Origin: Chiloscyllium plagiosum
Taxonomy: Eukaryota
Reading direction: 5' to 3'
Length of the DNA: 64,000 bases
Assembly: GCF_004010195.1 (NCBI RefSeq)
Contig: NC_057719.1
Span: 91,634,512 to 91,698,511 of the forward strand
A program made the translations under genes and the position numbers. Shown here one piece after another: positions 26,202-39,080 of this stretch (its first letter is position 1; the number at the start of each line of letters is the position of its first letter). A model generated the notes under the pieces. It was not told the origin of the DNA. It ran no database searches and was given only the letters and a program-made list of their open reading frames with translations.

Positions 26202-26356
26202 TTAAGATCATACAAGACCATTTGTTTCCTGGACAATTTGTCCTGGGAGTAACTCTGAAAATGAAGCTTTCCGTTATCCATATGCTCAGAAAACAGCTCA
26301 ATTATGGTTTCAATAATGATTTTTAGAGCATCGTGTTCTTCAATCAGATGACGAGC
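26202..26356 (-). CDS. UBR1: UBR1 exon 12 (155 nt): ARHLIEEHDALKIIIETIIELFSEHMDNGKLHFQSYSQDKLSRKQMVLYDL(K)
   Basis: ARHLIEE and FQ.YSQDKL.R are UBR1-type, not UBR2-type. cttttgctag| ... AA|gtaagt. Confidence 0.95.
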
Positions 26357-26609
26357 CTAGCAAAAGATTAAACATTTTCTGTAACATTCGTTCAAGTAGT
26401 GAAAATGAGAAAAATAAATGAAACCAGAATTTTTACATCATTACATTTTTTATTTATTTTGGTTGATTTGTATGTAGCTCAGGAGAACCATGAAGGATTT
26501 AAAAATATATTAAATAAAAGCAGTAGCAGGTCTGATTGCCCCTAAAGTATGATGATCAATAACACTACAATTGAGCACTTACCTGTCTGATTCTCATATT
26601 TCTCAAGTT

Positions 26610-26795
26610 AGAATCATAGAATCATCGAATCCCTACAATGTGTAAGCAGGCCATTCAGCCCATCGAGCCCAGAGCAACCTTCCAAGGAACACCCCACCTG
26701 CAGCCAGCCCCCATCTCACCCTACCCCTGGAACACTGCCTGGAACATGGCTGCACATGCCTGGACACTATGGGCAATTTTTTAGCACAGCCAATC
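26610..26795 (-). mobile_element. HE1/V-SINE 3' fragment
   Basis: gaatcatagaatc...ccctaca tail and ggacactatgggcaattt...gccaat. Confidence 0.7.
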
Positions 26796-27202
26796 TATTT
26801 CCATTCTTCTTAATCAATCCACCTATTTCCATGTACTGTTTGAGTATTATGATACTACCAGTACTTTTCATCAAATAGGTTTATGTAGTCTTTATGAAGA
26901 TTTTGAGGTCCCTCTCAATTATTGCATTGAATTTGTTACAGTTCATTTTATTTCTTCATTAGTACAAAAATCTACATAAGGGGCCTAAAAGCAATTCCCT
27001 CAAGTGTTGGTGACTCCTCATGATTTCTTATCTCCATCCATACTGTTTCTATTCTCTGACCTTCCACTTCATTCTTTATCAGTTAATTCTTACTCCCGCT
27101 GACTCAACCCTTTTACATGGGTCTGATGTTCTACAGGGACAAATATCATGGCACATTTCATTCATATGCAAATTGGTCTTGCATTTTGGTTATTCCACTT
27201 AC

Positions 27203-27301
27203 CAATGTTGGGACAGTGAATATTTGAACAGACTGTGCAGTTACAGATACATTGCGGTCATGATCATCATCCACAAATTCGAGCTGAAGTTGCTTGTAGT
27301 G
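27203..27301 (-). CDS. UBR1: UBR1 exon 11 (99 nt): HYKQLQLEFVDDDHDRNVSVTAQSVQIFTVPTL
   Basis: YKQLQ.E...DDHDR..S.TA.SVQ.FTVPTL motif. ctccaatag| ... TTG|gtaagt. Confidence 0.96.
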
Positions 27302-27564
27302 CTATTGGAGACAAACAAACAGATGATCATTCCCCTTCAACCACACAGTGCAAAGGCTCAGGCTGATGGCAAGCTTAACAATTTATATTTACAAACAGTT
27401 TACAGCACAAACAGGTCATTAAGCCCAATAGGGCCATCTTCTTATGGAATATTTAAGAAATACTGTTTAAAAATGAGGGGTCGCATATTTAAATAGAGAT
27501 GAAACAGTTTTATTTCTGTCTTAGAAGATTGTGGAAGCAGATCCAATATTTTTAAGGCTTTTAG

Positions 27565-28950
27565 ATCATAAGATACTAAGACTATAAAAAAAGCAGCAGG
27601 ATTAGACCATTCGGCCCACCAAACCTGCTCTGCCATTTAACCATGGCCGATTTGTTTCTCAATCCTATTCCTCTTCCTTCTTCCTGTGTCTCCTGATCCC
27701 TTCACCAATCAAGAGCATGGTTATCTCTGTCTTAAATAAACTTAATGACTTGACCTGCACAGCTCTCTGTGGCAGTGAATTCCACAGATTTACTACCCTC
27801 TGGCTGAAGAAATTCCTCAACTCAATTTGAAATGGTCATCCCTTCACTCCGAGGTTCCGAATATTGCTCACAATATTCCAAATACCTCATACAACCTCAA
27901 CAGTGCAATCCTGCTCTTGTATCCTAGCCCTCTCAGAGTGAATGCTAACATTGTATTTGCCTTCCTAACTGCCAACTGAACCTGGATGTTAACCTTCGGA
28001 TCCTGAACTGGGACTCCTAAGTGCCTTTGTGCTTCAAACTGCCGAAGCCTTTCCCCATTTAAAAAACATTCTGTGTCTCTACTTTTTCTACTAAAATGCA
28101 CAACTTCACACTTTCCCACATGGTATATCATCTACCACTTCTTTGTTTACTTTCTTAGCCTGTCCAAGTTCTTCTGCAGCCTCCCTGCTTCCTCAATATT
28201 ATTCACCCCATCAATTTCTGTCATCAGTAAACATAGCAACAATGCCCTCAGTACCTTTGCCCAGATTGTTAATGTATCATATGAATAACTGGGGCCCCAG
28301 AGACTCCTGTGTAACTCAACTAGCTTCCACTCCCATCTGAAAAATTCTTACTGTCTTCTGTTAGTCAGCCAATCCTCTATCCATGTCAGTGCCCCAAATG
28401 TACCTAACATTATGGGAGTCTTGTCTGTTTAGCAATCGCCTGTGCAGCACCTTGTTAAAGGTCTTCTGGAAATCCAGATACATACTTCCACTGACTCTCC
28501 TTTGCCTAACTTGCTCATTACCTTCTCAAAGAATTCGAACAGATTTGTCAGACATGATCTCTCCTTGACAATGTCACCTCTACCGCCTGATTCTCCAAGT
28601 TTTGGAATGTTACTGGTGTCTTCCACTGCAACTGATACAAAGCACTTATTCAATTCCTGTTCTATTTCTTTGTTCTCCATTACTAGTTCTCCAGACTCAT
28701 TTTTCACTGGTCCAATGTTCACTCTGACCTCTCTCTCTCTTCTTATAGATCTAAAAAAAATCTTTTGCAATCTTTCTTTTATATTGCTAGGTAGCTTTCC
28801 CTCATATTTCATATTTGGCCCCCACTTCTTTTTTAGTTGTCCTCTACTGGTTTTTAAATGCTTCCTAATTTTCTGGTTTCCTACTAACCTTCACCACATT
28901 GTACACTTTTTCTTTTGCTTTTATGCTGTCCCTGACTTCCCTTGTTCCAA
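27565..28950 (-). mobile_element. CR1 LINE, decayed, with internal deletions
   Basis: KCEVVHF, RSCLTNLFEFFE and VNIGP.KNESGELVMENKE fragments. Confidence 0.85.
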
Positions 28951-28999
28951 CCTTTAGGTTCATTTTAAGAGAATGTTGATTTATGATTACAATTATTAA

Positions 29000-30341
29000 T
29001 TTTAGCTCCACTCTCAACCCCATAAACTCCAAAAAAGGTATCACCAAACTCCAAGACTTAAAACTCTGCTCCCCCATCTGCAACTGGATCCTTGACTTCC
29101 AGATGTGCAGACCATTATCAACAAACACATCGAGTAAGACCCCATCTACCACCCCCTGAGAAAATGAACAGGAAATGACATCACCAACCAAAGAAACTCA
29201 AACATATAAATAGAAAGCAGGAATTATCAACAGTGCTTTGCCCTGAGGCCCACTGAAGATGTTACCTAGTAGGGTAACAAAACATCTGGAAATGAACCTT
29301 CCAGCTCAGCGAGCAAACCTACATCCAGAACCTCAACCTGAGCTACAAATTTTCCCAAAACTCATGCAGACCACAATCAGTAAGGATAACCAACAACACC
29401 TTCCCCACAATAATCCTCAACACTGGTGCCCCGCAAAGTAGACCACTCAGACCCTGACATTCTTATACATTCATGACTGTGTGGTCAAATTTAGCACAAA
29501 CTCAATTTACAAATTTGCTGATGGCACCACTGTAGTCATTTCGATCTCAAACAATGATAAGAGAGTATAAGAAAGAGATAGAGAGCTTAGTGGCATGGTG
29601 TAAAGACAACAGTTTCTCCCTCAATGTCAGCAAAATGAAGGAGTTGGTCATTGACTTCAGCAAGTGGAGTGGAGGACATGTTCCTGTATGTATCAATGGT
29701 GCTGACACGGAGATGGTTGAAAGGTTCAAGTACCAAGCAATAAACATCACCAATCTATCCTGGTCCATCCACATTGCTGCTAGTCAAAAAAGCATACCAA
29801 TGCCTCTTCTTCCTCAGAAGGCTAAGGAAATTCAGTATGTTTACAATGACTCATCAACTTTAATAGAAAGAATCCTATCCGGAAACATCACAGTTTGGCA
29901 TGGCAACTGCTCGACCCAAGAATGCAAGAAATTACAGAAAGTTGTAAAAGCAACCCAGTCCAATACAAAAACCAGCCTTCCTTCTACTGACTCTGTCTCT
30001 ACTTCCTGCTGTCTTGCAAAAGCAGCCAACGTAATCGAAGACCCATTCCACCCCAATTATACTCTCCTCCGTCCTCTTCCATCGGGCAGAAGGCACAAAA
30101 GTTTGAAAATACTTACCAACATATTCAAGAATATCTTCTTCCCTGTTATAAAGCTTATGAATTGACCCCTCATATATGAGAGTTGATCTTTCTCTGCACC
30201 TTCTCTGTAGCTGTAACACTATGTTCAGTATTCTATTCTATTACGCTGTTGTACTTGTGTAAGGAATAGCTTGTTTGATTAGTACCCAAAACAGTACTTT
30301 TCACTTTATCTCAGTACATGTCACAATAATAAATCAAATCA
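29000..30341 (+). mobile_element. Rex1/Babar LINE 3' portion
   Basis: 203-aa ORF YKKEIESLVAWCKDN.FSLNVSK.KELVIDF...D.FHP...L.R.LPSGRR...FFP, upstream CNWILDF and KFADGTT, and tail aataaatcaaatca. Confidence 0.85.
29115..29364 (+). mobile_element. Poseidon-type PLE 3' end with decayed hammerhead, inserted in Rex1
   Basis: INKHIE*DPIY end. CCA-CUGAAGA-u-GUUACC...GGUAAC-aAAA-Ca-UC-UGG at 29250-29289. 9-bp TSD tgcagacca at 29106-29114 and 29365-29373. Confidence 0.85.
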
Positions 30342-30419
30342 GAATGAGTTAGATCAGCTGTATGTGCTCCATGCTAGATTCCACTCACTACCTCATTTGT
30401 GTTGTTGGAGCTGCAGTCA

Positions 30420-30870
30420 TCCATAAGACCATAAGACACAGGAGTGGAAGTAAGGCCATTCAAGTCTACTCCACCATATCATCATGGTTGATGGGCATTT
30501 CAACTCCAGTTACCCACACTCTCCCCATAGCCCTTAATTCCTTGCGAGATCAAGAATTTACCAATCTCTGCCTTGAAGACATTTAACTTCCTGGCCTTCA
30601 CTGCACTCCATGACAATAAATTTCACATGGAGAAAGTCAGGACTGCAGATGCTGGAGATCAGAGCTGAAAAATGTGTTGCTGGAAAAGCGCAGCAGGTCA
30701 AGCAGAATCCAAGGAGCAGGAGAATCGACGTTTTGGGCATACGCCTTTCTTCAGGAATTCCACAGTCCCACCACTCTCTGGCTGAAGAAAGGTCTCCTCC
30801 TTTCCATTCTAAATTGAGCCCCTCCAATTCTAAGGCAGTGCCCACAGGTCCTAGTCTCCCCGCCTAACCT
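30420..30870 (-). mobile_element. CR1 3' end carrying a family A PLE insertion (30628-30755)
   Basis: (cataagac)n tail. The insert is flanked by aatttcaca (30619-30627) and aattccaca (30756-30764). Confidence 0.8.
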
Positions 30871-31319
30871 TATAATCAAGAGAAGGTCACCCTTAAAGAA
30901 GCTGAAGATGGTTGGCCCAAGGACACTACCCTGAGGAACTGCTGCAGAGACGTCCTACAGCTGGACTGACTGACCTCCAACAATTGCAACCATATTCCCA
31001 TGTGCCAGATAGGACTCCAACCAGCAAACTGTGCCTCCTTGATACCCACAGATTCCAGTTTTGCTCGGGTTCTTTGATGATGCACTCGGTCACGTGCTGT
31101 CATGTCCTCCTCCTTTCTGTGTCATGTGCTGATTATCCCTTTAAGTGCATCTGTTATTGTTCCAACTACTCAGTGGTAGCACGCTCCACAGCCAAACAAA
31201 GAACATTCTCCTCGGCAGTTTGTTGGATATGTCAACTGTCAATCTTAAGATTTACATCCCCGTGCTCTGCCATAAAAGGAAATGGCTTTTTAAAATCTAG
31301 TCCATTGGACTTGTACATA

Positions 31320-32023
31320 ACTAACCTCACCTACCACCCCACCAATCTCCATGTTCAGCGCATCATCCGCCGTCATTTCCGCCACCTCCAAACGGACCCC
31401 ACCACCAAGGATATATTTCCCTCCCCTCTCCTATCAGCATTCCGTAAAGACCACTCCCTCCGTGACTCCCTCGTCAGGTCCACACCCCCCACCAACCCAA
31501 CCTCCACTCCCGGCACCTTCCCCTGCAACCGCAGGAGGTGCAAGACTTGCGCCCACACCTCCCCCCTCACCTCCCCCCAAGGCCCCAAAGGAAACTTCCA
31601 TACCCGCCACAGATTCACCTGTCCCTCCACACATATCATCTATTGCATCCTCTGCACCCGATGTGGCCTCCTCTATATTGGGGAGACAGACCGGCTACTT
31701 GCGGAGCGTTTCAGAGAACACCTCTGGGACACCCGGACCAACCAACCCAACCACCCTGTAGCTCAACATTTCAATTCCCCCTCCCACTCCACCAAGGATA
31801 TGCAGGCCTTTGGACTCCTCCATCGACAGACCACAGCGACCTCTTTCCACCTATCACATTTCCGACGCCCCTCCCCCAAGTCCCTCCTCCCTACCTTTTA
31901 TCTTAGCCTGCTGGACAAACTTTCCTCATTCCTGAAGAAGGGCTTATGCCCGAAACGTTGATTCTCCTGTTCCCTGGATGCTGCCTGACCTGCTGCGCTT
32001 TTCCAGCAACACATTTTCAGCAT
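31320..32023 (+). mobile_element. Neptune-type PLE 3' fragment: Cys-rich linker, GIY-YIG endonuclease, terminal repeat with hammerhead (31928-31963)
   Basis: LTYHP...SLRDSLVRS...PCNRRRCKTC...IIYCILCTRCGLLYIGET.R.LAERFREH...VAQHFN, then CUGAAGA-a-GGGC uuau GCCC-GAAA-CG-UU. Confidence 0.92.
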
Positions 32024-32972
32024 CTTGTAAATTACATTAGTTTTGCTTGTTGTCTGTACAGGGTCTTCAAAGTTCATTAGCTGAGGAGAGTGGCTAGGGT
32101 TTCTGGATGTGTTTTGTCTGCTTGTTGGGGTTTGTTGCTGAGAAATCAGACTGTGTTCATTGGGTACCCGTTCTTTTTGAATACACGGTATAGGCGATTT
32201 TCCTCTGCTCTGCGTAGTTCCTCTGCGCTGCAGTGTGTGGTGGCTCATTGAAATAATGTTCTAATGCAGCTTCATTTGTGGGTGTTGGAATGATTGCTTC
32301 TGTAGTTCAGTATTTGGTCAGTATGTGTTATTTTCCTGTAGACGCTGTTTTGAAGGTCCCCATTGGCTGTTCGCTCTACTGTGACATCTAGGAATGGTAG
32401 TTCGTTGTTGTTTTCCTCCTCCTTAGTGAATTTTATGCCAATACGGGTATTATTGATAGCCTTGAAGGTTTCCTCTAATGTGTTTCATTTTGTGATGGCA
32501 AAGGTGTCATCCACGTAGCGGACCCAAAGTTTGGGTGGGATAGTTGGCAGAGTTGTTTGTTCGAGTCTCTGCATTACTGCCTCTGCTACCAACCCAAATA
32601 TCGGAGATTCCATGGGTGTTGCGTAGGTTTGTCCGTAGGTTTTGTTGTTGAAGGTGAAGTGAGTGGTAAGGCATAGGTCCACTAGCTTGACGATATTGTC
32701 TTGCCGATGAAGTTGGTGGTGTCTGGTTTATGTGTCTTTGGTTCTTAAAATAATGTAGTCAGTGTTTCCTTGGCCAGTTTGATATTGATGGATATGAACA
32801 AGGCTGTTACATCAAAGGAGACCATTATTTCATCCTCTTCTATCTTGGTGTCTTTGATGGTCTTCAGGAATTCTTGGATGGAGTGGTGTGAGTCTTCTAC
32901 TAAGTGTTTTAGCGTTTGGTGTAACTCCTCAGCCAATCTGAAAGTTGGTGTTCCAGGCAGTGAGACAATAGG
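32024..32972 (-). mobile_element. Poseidon-type PLE RT fragment
   Basis: RPIVS.PGTPT..LA, MVSFDVTALF, LWVRYVDDTF, KTNVIYK. Confidence 0.9.
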
Positions 32973-33173
32973 TCTTGGTGGGGGTGGTGGGGGGGAAGAG
33001 GCACGGTCTTGGTTTGGTTCCCTGACCAAAGTTTATATTTTACTTGTCACTACTAACTTCTATAACTGACAACCTATGAAAACACTTCCACAATTCAGAG
33101 CTTTTGGGAGCAAAGATGTGCTTCTAAATCTCAGTCACTGCTAGGCATTGACCAGAATAAAACAGGTACTTAC

Positions 33174-33262
33174 AGTGATAAATTCAATAGCAAAGAGTCT
33201 CTTGTATTCTGTTTCCATCAGCAAACTGCATACTATCAGTTCATGAAAGGCTTTGCGTGCTC
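33174..33262 (-). CDS. UBR1: UBR1 exon 10 (89 nt): GARKAFHELIVCSLLMETEYKRLFAIEFIT
   Basis: GARK..HELI..S..ME.EYK.LFA.EF motif. ttttaatgcag| ... |gtaagt. Confidence 0.95.
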
Positions 33263-33829
33263 CTGCATTAAAATAAACGAATGCATATTTATTCTGCCTG
33301 TTCCTTGGTTAAATCTATAGTTTTCACATGCTTCATATCTTTGTTACTGTATAATCTGTAGTAGCGTCATGACTAACATCCTGCAGCCATCTGCAATCAA
33401 AAGCAAAATGATCAATATAAATTCATGCACATGTGGTAAACTAACTCCTAAATGAGTGATGTCAGAATAGCAAGAAATGGGGTTGGCCTGAATTTCCACT
33501 TTGGATTCTGAACATAGCAGCATTCGATCTTCATCATTCGTGAATAAAATGGAAAGCACATTTCACATTTTGTGGCCTTTAATGACCAGAATCCATCAGA
33601 AAGTCTGCAGCCCATTCATTTAAATCTAGACAATGCGTTTTAAAAAAAACAAGGAAATCTATTTTAAAAAGCAATTTAACTTCCAGATGCTTCACGGTCT
33701 TCTGCAAGTTCCCTTCCATTACCTTAACACATGCCATTGCTCTCTTCAGCTGGCTGCATCCTAAGTCTGCAATTCCCTCCTTACATCTTCGCATCTCGCC
33801 ACATCACTCCACAACACCTACCTCTCAAG

Positions 33830-36530
33830 AACAAAGAAAATTACAGCATGGTACAGACCCTCCAGCCCTCCAAGCCTGCGACGATCCAGATCCGCTATCT
33901 AAATCTGTTGCGTATTTTCCCAAGATTTCTATCCCTCTGCTCCCTATCCATTCATGTATCTGACTAGATACATCTTACGTGACACTATCATGTCCACCTC
34001 TATCACCTCCACTGGCAACGCGTTCCAGGCACCCACCCTCTTCTGTGTAAAGAACTTTCCACACATATTTCCCATAACCTTTTCCCCTCTCACCTTGATC
34101 TCGTGACCCCTATTAATTGAGTCCCTCACTCTGGGGAAAAAGCTTCTTGCTGTCCACCCTGTCTCAACCTCTAATGATTTTGTAGACCTCAATCAGATCC
34201 CCCCTCAACCTCCATCTTTCTAATGAAAATAATCCTAATCTACTCAACCTCTCTTCATAACTAGCACCCTCCATACCAGGCAACATCCAGATGAACCTCC
34301 TCTGCATCCTCTCCACATCCTTTTGATCATGTGACAACCAGAACCATATGCAGTATTCCAAATTTAGGCAAACCAAAGTCCTATACAACTGCAACATGAC
34401 CTGCCAACTCTTGCACTCAACACCCCATCCGATGAACAGCAATGTGGTTGACTCTCAATTGCCCTCCAGGCAATTAGGGATGGGCAATAAATGCTGGCCT
34501 TGCCAGCGACATCCTCATCCTATGAACGAATTTTTTTAAAAATCCCTCTGTACATGAATTTTCCCAAGGCTTTTCCACTTACCATATAGTTTTCTCTCGA
34601 ATTGGATTTTTCAAAATGCATCACCTCGCATTTGTTAGGATTGAACTCCATCTGCCATTTCTCTGCACAACTCTTCAATCTATCTATATTCAGTCTTCTT
34701 CACTATCTGCTTCTCCACCAATCTTGGTGTCATCTGCAAACTTGCTAATCAGACCACCAAGCCTTCCCCCAGATCATTTATGTATATCACAAACAACTGT
34801 GGTCCCAACATGAATCCCTGTTGGAACACCACTGACCACAGATCTCCATTTTGAGAAACTCCCTTCCACTACTAGTCTGTCTACTGTTGCCCAGCCAGTT
34901 CTCTATCCATCTAGCTAGTACACCCTGGACCCCATGTGGCTTCACTTTCTCCATCAGCCTACTCAAACGCCTTACTAAAGTCCATGTATCTGACATCTAC
35001 AGGCCTTCCCTCAATCAACTTTGTCACTTCCTCAAATTCTATTAAGTTGGTAAGACATGACCTTCCCTGCACAAAACCATGCTGCCTATCACTGATAAGC
35101 CCATTTGTCTTCCAAATGTAAATAGATCATAACCCTCAGAATCTTGTCCAGCAGCTTCCCTATCACTGATGTCAGGATCACTGGTCTATAATTACCTGGA
35201 TTAGCTCTGCTACCCTTCTTACATAAGGGGACAATATTAGCAATTCTCCAGTCCCCCCAGGTTCTTATCCATATTCAAGGATGCTGCAAAGATATCTGTT
35301 AAGGCCCCAGCTATTTCCTCTCTCACTTGCCTCAGTAATATGGGATAGATTCCATCTGGACTTGGTGACTTGTCCACCTTAATTACCTTTCAGAATACCC
35401 AACACTTCCTCCCTCCTTATGCGACTTGACCGAGAGTAACGTTTGATTACTTGACCTAGAGTAATCAAATATCTATCCCTAAACCTCAACATCCATAATG
35501 TCCCTCTCCTCGGTGAATACAGACGCAAAATACTCATTAAGAATCTCACCCATTTTCTCTGTTTTGAGGTGACAGTCTGTGTGGAGTTTGCATATTCTTC
35601 CCAGTGTCTGCTCCAGTTTCCTCCCACGGTCCAAAGATGTGCAGGTGAATTGGCCATGCTAAATTATCCCAGTGTTCAGGGATGTATAGGTCTGGTGCAT
35701 TAGTCAGAGAAAATATAATAGGGTAGGGGAATGGTTCTGGGTGGGATACTCTTTGGAGGGTAGGTGTGGCCTTGTTGGGCCAAAAGGCCCGTTTCCACAT
35801 CGTACGGATTTTATATAATTCCATATAACTTTCCTCTTTAGTCCTTCAGTGGGCCAACCCTTTTTCTACTTACCCTCTTGCTCCTTACATAATAATAAAA
35901 GGCTTTGGGATTTTCCTTACCCCTGTTTGCTAAAGATATTTCATGACCTCTTACAGCACTCTTAATTCCTCGTTTCAGATTGGTCCCACATTTCTGATAT
36001 TTTTCCAAAGCTTTGTCTGTTTTCAGTCGCCTAGACCTTATGTATGCTTCCTTTTTCCTCTTAGCTAGTCTCAATTTCACCTGTCAAAATGGTTCCCTCA
36101 TCTTGCCATTTCCATCCCTTATTTTCAGAGACATGTCTGTCCTGCACTCTAATCAACCTCTCTTCAAAAGCCACCAACATATCAAATGTGGATTTACGTT
36201 CAAACAGCTGCTCCCAATCCATATTCCCCAGCTCTTAACGAATTTTGCTTTAGTTGGCTTTCTTTCAGATTAGCACTCTTCCTTTTGGACGACTCTGATC
36301 TTTGTCCATGAGTATTCAAAAAAATTACGGAACTGTGATCACTATTCCTAAAATAATCCCCTACTGAAACTTCCATCAGCTGGCTGGGCTCATTCCTCAA
36401 CACCAGGTCTAGCATGTCCCCTTCCCAAGTTGGACTATTTACATACTGTTCGATAAAACCCTCCTGGATGCTACTTTCAAATTCAGCTCCATCTGGACCT
36501 CTCACATGAAGTGAATCCCAGTCAATGTCT
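33830..36530 (-). mobile_element. CR1 LINE, decayed, with SINE insertions at about 34437-34540 and 35566-35815
   Basis: SYEERLSRLGLFSLER.RLRGDLIEVYKI, QYVNSPT.EG..LDLVL, and a CR1 tail at 33830. Confidence 0.88.
35566..35815 (+). mobile_element. HE1/V-SINE, 5'-truncated
   Basis: gtctgtgtggagtttgca...tccaaagatgtgcaggtgaattggccatgctaaatt...ttgttgggcc. Confidence 0.85.
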
Positions 36531-38720
36531 TGAATTCCCTCTCAAATAAACACCTACTGCCTTTATACTCTTCTAAGGATTCACTTTCTGTACCTGACAT
36601 ATGCTTCCTTTTGTTTCTTAACCAAACCCTCAATTTCTCTCATTATCCATCATTGCCTACACCGACCAGCCTTTCCTTTCATCCTAACAGGAATATACTG
36701 TCACTGGACTTTCGTTATCTCATTTCTGAAGGCTTACCATTTTCCAGCCGTCCTTTTACCTGCAAACATCTGCACCCATTCAGCTTTTGAAAGTTCTTGC
36801 TTAATACCGTCAAAATTAGTGTTCCTCCAATTTAGAACTTCAACTGTTAGATCTGATCTATCCTTTTCCATCACTATTTTAAAATTGCTGGCCCCAAAGT
36901 GCTCCCCCACTGACATTCAGTCACCTGCCCTGCCTTATTTCCCAAGATTAAGTCAAGTTTTGCACCTTCTCTAGTAAGTACATCCACATACTGAATCAGA
37001 AAAATTTCTTGTACACACTTAATAAATTCCTCTCCATCTAAACCCTTAATACAATGGCAGTCCCAGTCTATATTTGGAAAGTTCAAATCCCTTACCATAA
37101 CCACCCTATTATTCTTACAGATAATTGAAATTGCCGCACAAATTTGTTTCTCAATTTCTCACTGACTATTGGGCGGGGGGGGGGGGCTCTATAATACAAT
37201 CTCAATAAAGTGATCATCCCTTTCTTATTTCTCAGTTGCACCAAAATAACTTCCCTGGATGTATTTCCAGGAATATGCTATCCCTTATCAAAAACACCAC
37301 TCCCCCTCCTCTCTTGCCTCCCTTTCTATCCTTCCTATAGCATTTGTATCCTGGAACATTAAGCTACCAGTCCTGTCTATCCCTGAGCCAATTTCTGTAA
37401 TTGCTATGATACCCCACTCCCAGGTTCCTAACCCATGCCCCGAGTTCATCTGCCATCCCTGTTAGGCCCCCTGCATTGAAGTAAATGCAGTTTAATTCAT
37501 CAATCCTACCTTGTTCTCTGCTTTGTTCCTGCCCTGACTGTTTGACTCGCTTCTTTTCTCAACTGAGAGAAAGCGAGGTCTGCAGATGCCGGAGATCAGA
37601 GGCGGGAGGGTGTTGCTGGAGAAGCACAGGTCAGGCAGCATCCGAGGAGCAGGAGAATCGACGTTTCGGACCAGAGCCTTTCATTCCTGATGAAGGGTAC
37701 CAGCCCAAACCGTCGATTCTCCTGCTCCTCAGATGCTGCCTGACCTGCTGTGCTTTTCCAGCAACACACTCTCGCCTCTTTTCTCAACTGTACCAGTCTC
37801 AGATCAATCTCTTTCCTCAGTATCTCCCCGAGTCCCATCCCACCCACCCCCACTCCCCCTTCACTAATTTAAATCCTTTGAGCAGCTCCAGAAAATCCTG
37901 TCAGTATATTAGTCCCCTTCCAATTCAAGTGCAATCCATCCTTGTGCAGGTCGTTTCTACCCCAAGAGATTCCGATGATCCAAAAATGTAAATCCTTCTC
38001 CCATTCACCAGCTCCTCAGCCATGCATTCATCTGCTCCATCCTCCTAGTCTTCCCCTCACTGGGAGTAATCCAGATATTGCTACCTTTGAGGACCTCCTT
38101 TTTAAATTCCTTCCTAACTTTCTATACTCTCCCTTCAGAATCTCATCCTTTTCCCTTCCTATGTCATTGGTACCAATGTGTACAATGACCGCCTGCTGGT
38201 CCTTTTCCCCTTTGAAAATATTCTGCAACCTCTGTGAGACATCCTTGATCCTAGCACCAGGGAGGCAACACACCATTCTGGTTTTTCACTGCTGTGTGTT
38301 ACTCTAACTAGACAGACCCCTAACACAATCAATTGCTTAGAACCCGACGTACCTCTCATTACATTAGAACCTGTCTTGATACCAGAAATTTGGCTGTTCA
38401 TGCTACATTCCCCTCAAAGTCTAACACCCCCTACATTTTCCTAAACAACATATTTGTCTGAAATGGGGATGACCACAGAAGACCCCTGTACCACCTGCCC
38501 ACCTCCCTGGAGTTAACCCGTCTATCTGACTGTATCTGCATTTTTCTCCCTTCTTAAAACTGCCATCCATCACACCCCCTAACTCTTGTAAATTCCTCAG
38601 TGCCTCTAACCGTTGCTCCAACCGATCTGTTCGATCTGATAAGATTCGCAACCAACATTTATTGTAGATTTAATGCTCAGTAACCCGTAAACTCTCTTGA
38701 AACTCCCACATCTGACAAGA
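36530..38720 (-). mobile_element. CR1 5' portion: ORF1 (coiled coil and SGNH esterase) plus ORF2 endonuclease
   Basis: VCCLPGARIKDVS.RL...VIVHIGTNDI...SKVAISGLLP, DRLEQRLEALRNLQE, and DLNFPNIDW...QYVD..TREGAKLDL. Confidence 0.88.
37566..37770. mobile_element. PLE family A inverted-repeat insertion
   Basis: Arms meet at the hammerhead (gagcctttca|ttcctgatgaagg). 20-bp duplication ctcgc[t/c]tcttttctcaactg at 37546-37565 and 37771-37790. Confidence 0.88.
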
Positions 38721-38972
38721 GCAGCATTTCATAAATACTCAGTTAAACAGAGAATGACCAAGGTCCATTATTACAAAGTAACCTGCGTTACCAAGATGCT
38801 AACCATTTTCTTATTATCGTGTATCAGAAAAATAGGAAATGTTCAAAGAATTTTTTTTCCAAATGACAAACTGAAAATTCTGAGGAAGGTAGGAGATCCT
38901 CAAGAGAAACAATCCTGTGACTTCTTTACCTGATCAACTTGAACTCAACTAGTTGCTGACATGCTTACTCAC

Positions 38973-39080
38973 CTTTCCAGAGCTTGGCATCAGCCAACAT
39001 TAATCTGCTGCTCAGGCAAGGTTGATCAGATTCTGGTTCTTGGTTAAGTACCACCTCACAGAAAATCTGACGTAATCCAG
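38973..39080 (-). CDS. UBR1: UBR1 exon 9 (108 nt): (A)[35 protein letters not shown]
   Basis: RQIFC...EP.S..PCL.SRLML.DAKL.K motif. tattatgcag| ... AAAG|gtgagt. Confidence 0.95.

Noticed and set aside
27020..27496. Plus-strand ORFs overlapping exons (also 19871-20362) as antisense genes
   Set aside because: No recognisable domains. Consistent with chance open frames opposite coding exons.
30912..31961. 349-aa ORF as a novel nuclease gene
   Set aside because: Chance read-through joining an antisense LINE fragment, unique sequence and a truncated PLE GIY-YIG region. No RT and no splice or promoter support.
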